Shown piece by piece: positions 45,484 to 54,520 of a stretch of 63,645 nucleotides of DNA; positions within the stretch are counted from its first letter, which is position 1, and every line of letters begins with the position of its first letter. Position numbers and translations under genes: made by a program. Source of the DNA: Clostridiales bacterium DTU024. GTDB lineage: Bacteria; Bacillota; Clostridia; Christensenellales; Aristaeellaceae. The stretch covers positions 12,783 through 76,427 of the forward strand of contig LFTR01000169.1 in NCBI GenBank assembly GCA_001513425.1, given 5' to 3'. Under the pieces are notes generated by a model that was given only the letters and a program-made list of their open reading frames with translations, ran no database searches and was not told the origin of the DNA.

Positions 45484-47547
45484 ATGAGTAGGGAAGTGAC
45501 GAGAGTGGCTGAGCGCCAGACCCGCGACGCGGTAAGCGAAAACGGCACGCATTTGTTTGATTCTCTATATAATTACCTCTTTTGCATGTTCGCGTCCACC
45601 TTGCTCATGGAGCGTCCGGTTCTCGGCGGCGCTTTGTTTTTGGCGGCGCAAATCGCGCAGATGACTGTTCGCTTGCTGCTGCCGGGGAGCATTTCACCGC
45701 TCAACGGTCGCATACGTGTCGCCATGTATGTTTTGACCGGTCTTTGCGCCATTATCACCTTTGGCATGGTGCTCATCTATCCTTTGGCAGTCGGCATCCA
45801 AACCATGTGGCTCCTGTTCTCCCTTGTCCTCATCATGACGCTCAGAAGCGTATTTGTTCGCCGCGTTCTGTTTGGCAGTATAACCAGGAAGATGTCCAGG
45901 GTGCAAGCTGTGCTGCGTATCTTCTATGTAATGATCCTGTCTATAGGCGTCGCGGCACTAATACTGTTTGTTTCGCTCCCCGCAGATACATCATGGTACT
46001 TGCTGGGCGGCTTTGCGTTGACATGCTTGTTGGAAATGCTGACCGCGTCCGCCAGGAATACCGAAGAAGCGCCGGAGGACCGCCTCGATCCGGAACCCAA
46101 GAATGATCTGAATCAATTGGAACACATCAACGCCTACCGAGCTTTTCGCAAAGTGCTGAGCCTTGCTTCTGCCGCGCTGCAAGTAACCTTGATCATGATA
46201 TACACGTTCATCGGCACGTCAGCCGCCGAACTCTTGATCAGCCTGGTTATTGCATTTGCGTGTACCTACCCGGCTGCGCGCATCGCGTCGTGGCTTCTGC
46301 GCCGCAAGAAAAATCGTGATCCGGGCAACGTAATGCTCTTCGGGCTGTTCCTTTGGTTGTTCAGCCTGTATTCGTTCTGGCTGCGCACCAACAATGGGGC
46401 AACGGTATGGAGCTATACTTCGCTCGCCACATGTTCCGCAGGCACCGCGGTCACCATGGCGGCGTTGCGCGCGCTGGATACCGCCATGCAGGAAGTTGTT
46501 TTCTTTGCTACCGGACGCAAGCCGAAAGAAGAACTGAAACTCGCACTGAACGTGACGCTGGAATATGCTCAGCTCTTTGGACAGATGATCGCCCTGATCG
46601 GCCTGGCGCTGATCGTCTTTTTTGGTGAGGGTGCACCGCCTTTTCGGGAGGGCGTTATGGTGCAGCCCGCACTGCTCCTGCCGGCCGGCGTATTGGTAGC
46701 AGCCGCTGCGCTGGCAGCTTTCCGTTTTCCCTTGAGCAAACAGCACCTGGATAAACTGCACGTTTTTCTGATGCTCAAGGAGAACGGCGAAACCAATTTG
46801 CCGCTGCAAAAGCAGCTGGAAAGTGTCATTGTCCAAGTAAGCCAAAGGCATTACGGCATCCGAGCGCTGATGGTGGTATTGCGGCTCTTTTTCCGCAGCC
46901 GTGTCCGGGGCAAAGAAAATGTAAACCCGCAAAAAAACGTCAGCATTGTTTTCACGTGCAATCACGGGGAGCTGTACGGTCCCATTGTCAGCAATCTGTA
47001 TGTGCCGTTTCCATTCCGGCCGTGGGTCATCAGCGAAATGGCGACCCCCGATAGCGTGTACGACTACATCTACGAAAACACTGTCAAAAGGCAAAAATGG
47101 ATCCCGGAAAAACTAAAGCCCGCAGTTGCCAGGTTCTGTTCACCGCTCCTATCCTGGATGATGGAATCGCTTGGTTCCATCCCTGTCTACCGCAATGAGC
47201 CGCGCAAACTCATGAACACCTTTCGCACCACGGCGGAAGCTATGGAAGCGGGCGACAATATCCTGATTTTTCCGGAAAATCCACGTGATGAGCGGTTCGA
47301 TACCCACTACTACGTGCGCGAAGGCGTGGGCGAATTCTACACCGGCTTTGCAATGGTGGCCCCCCTGTATTACAAAAAGACCGGTAAGCGCTGCCAGTTT
47401 GTCCCCATCTATGCTGACCAAAAGCGGCGCACTTTGACCTTTGGGGAAAGCACCTTTTTTGACCCCGATATCGAAATCCACCAAGAGAAACACCGTATCA
47501 GCGCTTGGCTGCAGGGCGAAATGCTGCGCATGGCAGAGGAGGCGTAA
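45484..47547 (+). CDS. Fusion protein: polytopic (6+6 TM, MFS-like) membrane domain plus C-terminal PlsC/LPLAT-type acyltransferase domain
   Basis: 687 aa. The C-terminal ~230 aa carry CNHGELYG (a variant of the HxxxxD block) and IFPENPRD (an FPE block). Confidence 0.65.
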   Translation: MSREVTRVAERQTRDAVSENGTHLFDSLYNYLFCMFASTLLMERPVLGGALFLAAQIAQMTVRLLLPGSISPLNGRIRVAMYVLTGLCAIITFGMVLIYPLAVGIQTMWLLFSLVLIMTLRSVFVRRVLFGSITRKMSRVQAVLRIFYVMILSIGVAALILFVSLPADTSWYLLGGFALTCLLEMLTASARNTEEAPEDRLDPEPKNDLNQLEHINAYRAFRKVLSLASAALQVTLIMIYTFIGTSAAELLISLVIAFACTYPAARIASWLLRRKKNRDPGNVMLFGLFLWLFSLYSFWLRTNNGATVWSYTSLATCSAGTAVTMAALRALDTAMQEVVFFATGRKPKEELKLALNVTLEYAQLFGQMIALIGLALIVFFGEGAPPFREGVMVQPALLLPAGVLVAAAALAAFRFPLSKQHLDKLHVFLMLKENGETNLPLQKQLESVIVQVSQRHYGIRALMVVLRLFFRSRVRGKENVNPQKNVSIVFTCNHGELYGPIVSNLYVPFPFRPWVISEMATPDSVYDYIYENTVKRQKWIPEKLKPAVARFCSPLLSWMMESLGSIPVYRNEPRKLMNTFRTTAEAMEAGDNILIFPENPRDERFDTHYYVREGVGEFYTGFAMVAPLYYKKTGKRCQFVPIYADQKRRTLTFGESTFFDPDIEIHQEKHRISAWLQGEMLRMAEEA

Positions 47548-47555
47548 AGGAAAAG

Positions 47556-49508
47556 ATGATGTCAATACTTTATGTTTTTCTTTACCTTGTGTGCGGCCTT
47601 TACATCGTACGCTTCCTGCTGCCTGGCCAAAGACCTTTGTACCGCGCGTGGCTGGGACTTTCCTTGGGAATTATGCTGGCAATGTGGCTTCCTGCGCTGG
47701 TGGCTTTTGTGGATGCTTTTTCACTCAGGGGACACGTCATTGCGCTCGTTTTGCTGTTGGTACTGACCGGAATATCCTATTTTTTGCGCGACGGGCGGAC
47801 GCTGTGTAAAGCGGATGAGGAAAATCGGAACGCGCTGCGATTGCTGCTCTATATTGCGCTGCCGCTGACAATTCTGGGGTTTTATCTGCAATATACGCAC
47901 GTGCTGCGGCCGGTCGAAGGCGCGCTGCATGTCGGGCAATCCACCTACGGCGACTTACCGTTGCACCTGGGCATCGTAACGTCTCTCAGAGACGCCCGTT
48001 TCCCCGCAGAATACAGCATTTTCCCCGGTGAGAGGCTGTCGTACCCGTTCCTGACAGACAGCCTCTCCACAACCTTCATGCTGCTGGGCATGCCTCTCAG
48101 GTGGGCAATGATAATCCCCGGCAGCCTGATGATGGCGATGGTAGCCTGTGGTTTTGTGCTGCTTGCACTGCGCATGGCGGGAAACCGGCGCGTGGCCGCG
48201 CTGGCTGCGCTTCTTCTATTCATAAACGGCGGGTTGGGATTCCTGTATTCTTTTGATATGGCGGGCGTCAGCCTGGGCGTGTCGGGGAGCAATGAGCTTC
48301 AATACGGAACATGGCTGGCGCGCCTTAAAACCATCTTTTACGGCTGGTACCAGACGCCCGTCAATCACGCTGAATTCAGCACCTATAACCTAAGGTGGAG
48401 CAATATCATTGCAGACATGTTCATTCCCCAGCGCACTTTTTTGGGCGGTTGGACATTGCTACTTCCCTGTATATACCTTTTATTTGATGGTTTGCAGGAA
48501 GAGAAGCGCAACGCGCGGCAAATAGCCCTGTTGGGCATCATGGCAGGCGCACTGCCCTTGGTGCATACACATTCCTTCCTGGCGCTGGTGCTCCTGTCCT
48601 TTGGATGGCTTTTGTGGGATATGGCGGCACGCCGGGACTGGAAGCCCTGGCTGTTGTTTGTTACTGTTGCGGGTATCCTTTCACTTCCGCAGTTGTTCGC
48701 CTTTACCTTCAGGCAAGCATCGGGAAGCGGCAATTTCCTCAGCTTTCAGTTCAACTGGGTCAACGGCGAGGGCGGGATGAAGGACGGCTACCTGTGGTTC
48801 TATCTCAAGAATATCGGCTTGCCGTTCCTGCTGCTCATACTGTCTGTGTTTGAGAAGAACAGGGAGTATCGCTTCATCTATCTGGGGGCCTTGTGCATAT
48901 TCCTCCCGGCGGAGTTCATCCGCTTCCAACCCAACAGCTACGACAACAACAAGCTTTTTTATGTCTGGTATGCGCTTTGTCTGGTTCCCATTGCAGATTA
49001 CGCGCTGAAGGTATATGCCAAACTAAAGGGCCTTAGGGCGCGTAAACTTATCGCCGTGCTGGCCTGTCTCGCTTTTTTCCTGTCCGGAGGCTTGTCCATC
49101 GCGCGTGAAGCGGTCAGCGACTATAAGATGTTTTCCGAGAATGACACCAAAGCCGCGCAGTGGGTGGAAAGTGAAACGGACAGTGAAAGCATGTTCATGG
49201 CGGGTATGCAGCACATCAACCCCGTTTCCTCTCTGGCGGGGCGGCACATCGTATGCGGCCCGGCGCTGTGGTTGTACTACCACGGCTTCAATTTGCACGA
49301 GAGGGAACAGGACATCCGCGCCTTTTACCTGAATCCCAAAAGCAACACTCATATCCTAAAAAAGTATGGAGCAGACTATGTCCTGTTGGGATCCTATGAA
49401 CGGACCGCATATTCCGCTTCGGACAGTGTCTTTGATGCACTCTTCCCCCGCGTCTACGCGGATGCCCAGGGCGAGATCATCATATATCGGGCGGAGGCGG
49501 GCAATTGA
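47556..49508 (+). CDS. Large polytopic membrane protein, GT-C-fold-like glycosyltransferase candidate
   Basis: 650 aa from MMSILYVFLYLV. About 13 TMs plus a ~120-aa C-terminal soluble domain. Acidic motif YGDLPLH in the first large loop. Family not recognised. Confidence 0.5.
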   Translation: MMSILYVFLYLVCGLYIVRFLLPGQRPLYRAWLGLSLGIMLAMWLPALVAFVDAFSLRGHVIALVLLLVLTGISYFLRDGRTLCKADEENRNALRLLLYIALPLTILGFYLQYTHVLRPVEGALHVGQSTYGDLPLHLGIVTSLRDARFPAEYSIFPGERLSYPFLTDSLSTTFMLLGMPLRWAMIIPGSLMMAMVACGFVLLALRMAGNRRVAALAALLLFINGGLGFLYSFDMAGVSLGVSGSNELQYGTWLARLKTIFYGWYQTPVNHAEFSTYNLRWSNIIADMFIPQRTFLGGWTLLLPCIYLLFDGLQEEKRNARQIALLGIMAGALPLVHTHSFLALVLLSFGWLLWDMAARRDWKPWLLFVTVAGILSLPQLFAFTFRQASGSGNFLSFQFNWVNGEGGMKDGYLWFYLKNIGLPFLLLILSVFEKNREYRFIYLGALCIFLPAEFIRFQPNSYDNNKLFYVWYALCLVPIADYALKVYAKLKGLRARKLIAVLACLAFFLSGGLSIAREAVSDYKMFSENDTKAAQWVESETDSESMFMAGMQHINPVSSLAGRHIVCGPALWLYYHGFNLHEREQDIRAFYLNPKSNTHILKKYGADYVLLGSYERTAYSASDSVFDALFPRVYADAQGEIIIYRAEAGN

Positions 49509-49732
49509 TACAGCGTTTTTTGGAGTATTCCCTTCGCTACGGGAAGCCCGTTAAGGTCATGTGGATAACGGACGCCCAGATCCTAAGCCGCAACCTCACC
49601 GTGACGCGGGTTGGCGAAGAGGATTTTGACTATGTTTCCACCCAAAACAAAAAATCGCCGCGCACCATGCTTAAGTCGGACGTGCTCTCCTGCAGTTATG
49701 CTCGGGGCGACGACGGCGATACCCTCAAATAG
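49505..49732 (+). CDS. Small soluble protein of unknown function (75 aa)
   Basis: TTG start 7 nt after GGAGG, overlapping the upstream TGA (TTGA). Fills the gap before gtrA. Confidence 0.45.
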   Translation: MIQRFLEYSLRYGKPVKVMWITDAQILSRNLTVTRVGEEDFDYVSTQNKKSPRTMLKSDVLSCSYARGDDGDTLK

Positions 49733-49747
49733 AAAGAGGACGCTGAT

Positions 49748-50209
49748 ATGACAGGGAAGCTGAAACGTTTTTTGAATGACGAAAAACTCCGCGAGATGGC
49801 GGCATATGTGCTCTTTGGGGTACTGACCACTTTGGTCAATTGGGCTGTCTACTTCGCACTCACAAACCTGTTTGATCCCGGCAACCATCCCGCGGGTAGC
49901 AGCGCACAGGCCCTCACCCTCAATCTGTCCAACGCGGCGGCATGGATGATCAGCGTGCTGTTTGCCTTTTTTACCAACAAGAAGTACGTTTTTAAAAGTT
50001 CGGAGCAAAAGGCGAGCGCCCTGAAGGAATTCACGCTGTTTGTCTCGGCGCGGGTACTGAGTTATCTGTTGTTTGATCTGCTCATATACAATATCTTCGT
50101 GTTCGGCCTTGCTCTCAACCATGGCTTCACAAAAATACTGATGAACGTACTGGTTGTGATCTTCAATTACTTCGCCAGCCGCTTCGTGGTGTTTCGGCAG
50201 CGTCCATAG
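49748..50209 (+). CDS. GtrA-family membrane protein (polyprenol-linked sugar translocation family)
   Basis: 153 aa, 4 TMs, with the FxxVGxxxTxxNxxxY-like start (VLFGVLTTLVNWAVYF). SD AAGAGGA. Confidence 0.8.
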   Translation: MTGKLKRFLNDEKLREMAAYVLFGVLTTLVNWAVYFALTNLFDPGNHPAGSSAQALTLNLSNAAAWMISVLFAFFTNKKYVFKSSEQKASALKEFTLFVSARVLSYLLFDLLIYNIFVFGLALNHGFTKILMNVLVVIFNYFASRFVVFRQRP

Positions 50210-50220
50210 ACACAAAAATG

Positions 50221-50257
50221 AGCCGCCCCGCAAAACATCTTGCAGGGCGGCTTTAGT
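50221..50257. terminator. Terminator between gtrA (+) and ppdK (-), stronger on the minus strand
   Basis: AGCCGCCC-c-GCAA...TTGC-a-GGGCGGCT. The minus-strand RNA is followed by CAUUUUUGUG. Confidence 0.65.
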
Positions 50258-50278
50258 GTGGTATGACTCAACTCAGAT

Positions 50279-52921
50279 TCAGGCGTTTTTGGCCTTTTTT
50301 TCCTTGATTGCGGCATGCGCCGCTGCCAGGCGTGCGATCGGCACGCGGAAGGGCGAGCAGGACACGTAATCCAGGCCAACCGCGTGGCAGAATTCCACGG
50401 TGGACGGATCGCCGCCGTGTTCGCCGCAAATGCCCAATTTGATATTGGGACGGCCCTGACGGCCCAGTTTGACTGCCATTTCCACCAATTTGCCTACGCC
50501 ATCAACGTCCAAACGGGCGAAGGGATCGCTCTCCAGGATCTTGTTGGAATAGTAAGAATCAAGGAATTTTCCGGCGTCATCACGGCTGAAACCGAACGCC
50601 ATCTGCGTCAGGTCGTTGGTGCCAAAGGAGAAGAACTCTGCTTCCTCGGCGATTTCATCAGCAGTCACGCAGGCGCGCGGAATCTCAATCATCGTGCCTA
50701 CCATGAAAGGAATGGTAACACCCTGTTCGGCGAAAATGATTTCCGCCGTCTTCATGACGATGGATTTGACGTAGCTCAGTTCCTTCTTGGAACCAACCAG
50801 CGGGATCATAATCTCAGGCACAACATCGTACTTAGTCTGTTTGCGTACATTGATAGCAGCCTGAAGGACCGCGCGGGTCTGCATTTCGGCAATCTCGGGA
50901 TAGGTGACGGCCAGACGGCAGCCGCGATGACCCATCATGGGGTTCATCTCGTGCAGTTCGTCAATCTTCTGCACGATCTTTTCGGGCGTGGTACCCAGTT
51001 CTTTCGCGATTTCCCTGATTTCACTGAGCATGGATTTCTGGGGAAGGAACTCGTGCAGCGGCGGATCCAGATAGCGTACGGTCATCGGGCGGCCTTCCAG
51101 CGCGATGTACATTTCTTCAAAGTCTTTTTGTTGATAGGGCAAAATGCGGGCCAAAGCCGCGCGACGCTGATCGGCATTATCCGACAGAATCATTTCACGC
51201 ATGGCCTTTACACGGCTGGCTTCAAAGAACATATGCTCGGTACGGCAAAGGCCGATGCCTTCAGCACCAAATGCCACGCCCTGCACAGTGTCGCGCGGGG
51301 TATCGGCATTGGTGCGCACTTTGAGCCTGCGGGCTGCGTCTGCCCAAATCATCAGGCGGCCAAAATCGCCCGACACGGTCGTTTCAACTGTGGGCAGAAG
51401 GCCTTCATATACATTGCCGGTGCCGCCGTCCACACTGACGGGGTCGCCTTCATGGTATACTTTGCCGTTAACCGAGAGCGTCTTGTCCGCATCGTTGATG
51501 TGCAGCACACCGCACCCGACGACAGCGGCGCGGCCCATGCCGCGGGCCACGACGGCCGCATGGCTGGTCATGCCGCCACGGGCGGTGAGGATAGCGCTGG
51601 CATAATCCATGCCTTCGATGTCTTCCGGTGTGGTTTCTTCGCGCACAAGGATGACATTCTTGCCCGCCTTGCCCGCCTTGGCGGCGTCGGCAGCGGTGAA
51701 GTAGAGTCCGCCCGCTCCGGCGCCCGGGGATGCGGGAAGTCCCGTGGCAATAGCGGTGGCGGTCTTTAGAGCATTAACATCGAAATTCGGGTGCAGCAGG
51801 GTTTCCAGCTGCTTGGGTTCCACTTTGAGAACGGCTTCCTCTTCCGACAGCATTTTTTCGTCCACCAGATCCACCGCGATTTTGACTGCCGCTGCGGCGG
51901 TGCGCTTGCCATTGCGCGTTTGCAGCATAAACAGCTGCCCGCGCTCAATGGTAAATTCCATATCCTGCATATCGCGGTAGTGTTTTTCGAGCTTTTCCGC
52001 GATCTGGACAAACTGGTCATAAACGTGGGGCAAATTGTCCTTCATGGATTCGATATGGAAAGGGGTGCGAATGCCGGCGACGACGTCTTCGCCCTGCGCG
52101 TTCATGAGGTACTCGCCATACAGCTTCTTTTCGCCCGTGGAGGGGTTGCGGGTGAAGGCAACGCCTGTGCCGCAATCATCGCCCATGTTGCCAAACACCA
52201 TGCTCTGCACGTTGACAGCGGTTCCCCAATCGCCGGGGATATCGTTCATGCGGCGATAATAGACGGCGCGGGGATTATCCCAGGAGCGGAAAACAGCTTT
52301 GATCGATTCCATCAACTGCGCCTTGGGATCCTGCGGGAACTCTTCACCCATGGCGGCTTTGTAAATCGCCTTGTAACGGCGCACGACCTCTTTGAGATTG
52401 TCGGCGGTCAAATCGGTGTCCTGCTTGGCACTGTTTTCCCTTTTGACGTCTTCGAGCGCTTCATGGAATTTGGTCTTGCCAATTTCCATAACGACGTCAG
52501 AAAACATCTGAATGAAGCGACGGTAGCTATCGTACGCAAAGCGTTCGTTATTGGTGAGTTTCGCCATCGCCTTCACAGCGACATCGTTGAGGCCTAAGTT
52601 GAGGATGGTATCCATCATGCCGGGCATGGAAGCGCGGGAGCCGGAGCGGACAGAAACGAGGAAGGGATTCTCAAGATCGCCGAATTTTTTTCCTGCGATC
52701 TTCTCGGTTTCCGCCAACGCGGCGTAGATTTCTTTTTCAATCTCGGGAGCGATGGTTTTGCCATCCGAATAATACCGGGTGCAGGCTTCCGTCGTAACAG
52801 TGAAGCCCTGTGGAACCGGCAGGCCGATATTGGTCATCTCGGCAAGATTGGCACCTTTGCCACCGAGCAGATTGCGCATGGACGCATTGCCCTCTTTGAA
52901 CAGATACACGTATTTTGGCAT
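50279..52921 (-). CDS. ppdK: Pyruvate, phosphate dikinase
   Basis: 880 aa with the phosphohistidine motif GGMTSHAAVVARGMG. SD AAGGAGGAG. Confidence 0.97.
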   Translation of the reverse strand: MPKYVYLFKEGNASMRNLLGGKGANLAEMTNIGLPVPQGFTVTTEACTRYYSDGKTIAPEIEKEIYAALAETEKIAGKKFGDLENPFLVSVRSGSRASMPGMMDTILNLGLNDVAVKAMAKLTNNERFAYDSYRRFIQMFSDVVMEIGKTKFHEALEDVKRENSAKQDTDLTADNLKEVVRRYKAIYKAAMGEEFPQDPKAQLMESIKAVFRSWDNPRAVYYRRMNDIPGDWGTAVNVQSMVFGNMGDDCGTGVAFTRNPSTGEKKLYGEYLMNAQGEDVVAGIRTPFHIESMKDNLPHVYDQFVQIAEKLEKHYRDMQDMEFTIERGQLFMLQTRNGKRTAAAAVKIAVDLVDEKMLSEEEAVLKVEPKQLETLLHPNFDVNALKTATAIATGLPASPGAGAGGLYFTAADAAKAGKAGKNVILVREETTPEDIEGMDYASAILTARGGMTSHAAVVARGMGRAAVVGCGVLHINDADKTLSVNGKVYHEGDPVSVDGGTGNVYEGLLPTVETTVSGDFGRLMIWADAARRLKVRTNADTPRDTVQGVAFGAEGIGLCRTEHMFFEASRVKAMREMILSDNADQRRAALARILPYQQKDFEEMYIALEGRPMTVRYLDPPLHEFLPQKSMLSEIREIAKELGTTPEKIVQKIDELHEMNPMMGHRGCRLAVTYPEIAEMQTRAVLQAAINVRKQTKYDVVPEIMIPLVGSKKELSYVKSIVMKTAEIIFAEQGVTIPFMVGTMIEIPRACVTADEIAEEAEFFSFGTNDLTQMAFGFSRDDAGKFLDSYYSNKILESDPFARLDVDGVGKLVEMAVKLGRQGRPNIKLGICGEHGGDPSTVEFCHAVGLDYVSCSPFRVPIARLAAAHAAIKEKKAKNA

Positions 52922-52991
52922 TGTTTCTCCTCCTTGGGTGAATTAGCATTGGTTGTGGCTCGAAGGCATCTCCTCCATTGCGCACTGAAAA

Positions 52992-53020
52992 AGTATACAC
53001 GATTTGCCCGTTTTTATCAA
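52992..53020 (-). promoter_or_regulatory. Candidate ppdK promoter
   Basis: Minus strand: TTGATA, 17-nt spacer, TATACT. Confidence 0.45.
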
Positions 53021-53055
53021 TGGCATAAGCAAAAGGTTTTGTGCCAGATAATGCC

Positions 53056-54459
53056 TCAATTTGCGGGTTCGCCGACGATGTTCTTCGCCCAAACGCCTGC
53101 GTGCACCAGCCACACACCCAGCCCGCACTTAAGGATATTTGCACCTTGGCTGATAAAATAAAGCGGCGCAATGGTGAGCTGTGTTCCGTGTACCAGGAAA
53201 AGCGTAATGGGGATCACCACCGCCCAGTTGAATGCTGCGTCAAAAAGAAATGTGATGACAGTCCTTCCGCCCGAGCGCAGCGCGTAATAGGAGGTATTGG
53301 TGATGGCATTGAGTGGCATAAATACTGCGACGGTGCGGATAAAGGTGGTTGCCAAATCGCGCACTTCCTGTTCCGTATTGAACGCCGCCGGGAACAGGGG
53401 CGCCAATACCTGCATCACCAGCGCCAGGGCACCGGTGCTGAGCACCGAAAAACTCATTAGCTTCCAGATATCCTTGCGGGCGCGGGAGATTTCACCGGCT
53501 CCCAGCATTTGCCCGATGATGATACCCACCGTCATGCCCCCGGAGATCAACACTACGTTAAACATATTGGTAACGGTACTGGAAATGTTGAGACCGCCCA
53601 AAACAATAAGGCCGCGCAAAGAATATATCTGCGTGAGTGCCGCCATCCCCATGGACCACAAAAACTCATTTACCATTAGGGGAGAACCCTTGGCAAAAAT
53701 GCTGCGCAACAAACGTATGGGAACACGCATGGTACGGTAAACACCATGGAAGATCTTCTTCATTTCTCCGCGGTGTGCCGCCATGGCAAGCGCGCCCACC
53801 TCTACAAACCGCGAAACAACGGTGGCAAGCGCCGCACCCTTAACGCCCATTGCGGGAAAGCCCAGATGTCCAAATATGAGCACCCAGTTGCACACTAAAT
53901 TGACCATTACGGCGAGCAGGCCCGCACGCATGGGAATGCGCATCTCCCCAGCCTCCCGCATCGTGCCCGAATAGGACTGCGAGAGCCCAAACGGAATCAG
54001 CCCCCAAAGCATGATGTAAAGATAGTCTTTGGCTTGCGCTAAAATGGCGTCCGCCAGCGCGGCTTCCCCCTGACCCATGAGAAACAGTGAAATGAACTTT
54101 TCGTCCATGGATACAAAAAGCGTGATAATGACCAGGGTTACGGCCTGCGAAAGCCATATCTTGGTGCGGAAAACATCGCGCACGCCCGCCATATCCCCGC
54201 TGCCCCAATATTGCGCGCCGAATATGCCAGCACCCGCAAGGACGCCAAAGATGATCATGTTATAGACAAACATTAATTGGTTGGTGACCGCCACGCCTGA
54301 CATTTGAGCGGTGCCCAACGAACCCACCATGATATTATCCAGCAGCTGAACGAAATTGGTGACGCTGATATGGATGACGCTGGGTATAAGGATGTGCAGT
54401 ACCTTGGCATAAAAAGCCTTGTCGCCAAAAAAAGTGTCCCGAAACCTGCTGAATGTCAC
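53056..54459 (-). CDS. MATE-family efflux transporter
   Basis: 467 aa, 12 TMs, typical MATE N-terminus (ILIPSVIHISVTNFVQLLDNIMVGSLG). GTG start 9 nt after GGAGG. Confidence 0.9.
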   Translation of the reverse strand: MTFSRFRDTFFGDKAFYAKVLHILIPSVIHISVTNFVQLLDNIMVGSLGTAQMSGVAVTNQLMFVYNMIIFGVLAGAGIFGAQYWGSGDMAGVRDVFRTKIWLSQAVTLVIITLFVSMDEKFISLFLMGQGEAALADAILAQAKDYLYIMLWGLIPFGLSQSYSGTMREAGEMRIPMRAGLLAVMVNLVCNWVLIFGHLGFPAMGVKGAALATVVSRFVEVGALAMAAHRGEMKKIFHGVYRTMRVPIRLLRSIFAKGSPLMVNEFLWSMGMAALTQIYSLRGLIVLGGLNISSTVTNMFNVVLISGGMTVGIIIGQMLGAGEISRARKDIWKLMSFSVLSTGALALVMQVLAPLFPAAFNTEQEVRDLATTFIRTVAVFMPLNAITNTSYYALRSGGRTVITFLFDAAFNWAVVIPITLFLVHGTQLTIAPLYFISQGANILKCGLGVWLVHAGVWAKNIVGEPAN

Positions 54460-54481
54460 TTATGCGAACCTCCGCTGTCAT

Positions 54482-54512
54482 GAAAGAAAGACTTCCCACC
54501 TGAGCGGAAGTC
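54482..54512 (-). terminator. Hairpin plus U-rich tract after the E2-like gene
   Basis: Minus strand: GACUUCC-GCUCAGGUG-GGAAGUC followed by UUUCUUUC. Confidence 0.45.
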
Positions 54513-54520
54513 CGAAGCGT

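Noticed and set aside
50315-51769. Other long antisense ORFs. Examples are 50315-51769 opposite ppdK, 17812-19191 opposite the repeat protein, 28521-29786 opposite the binding protein, 46219-47094, 5374-6318, 4339-5214 and 39747-40415.
   Set aside because: Same reasoning as above. Each overlaps a gene with unambiguous homology-type motifs on the other strand, lacks an SD, and has skewed R/G/H/A composition.
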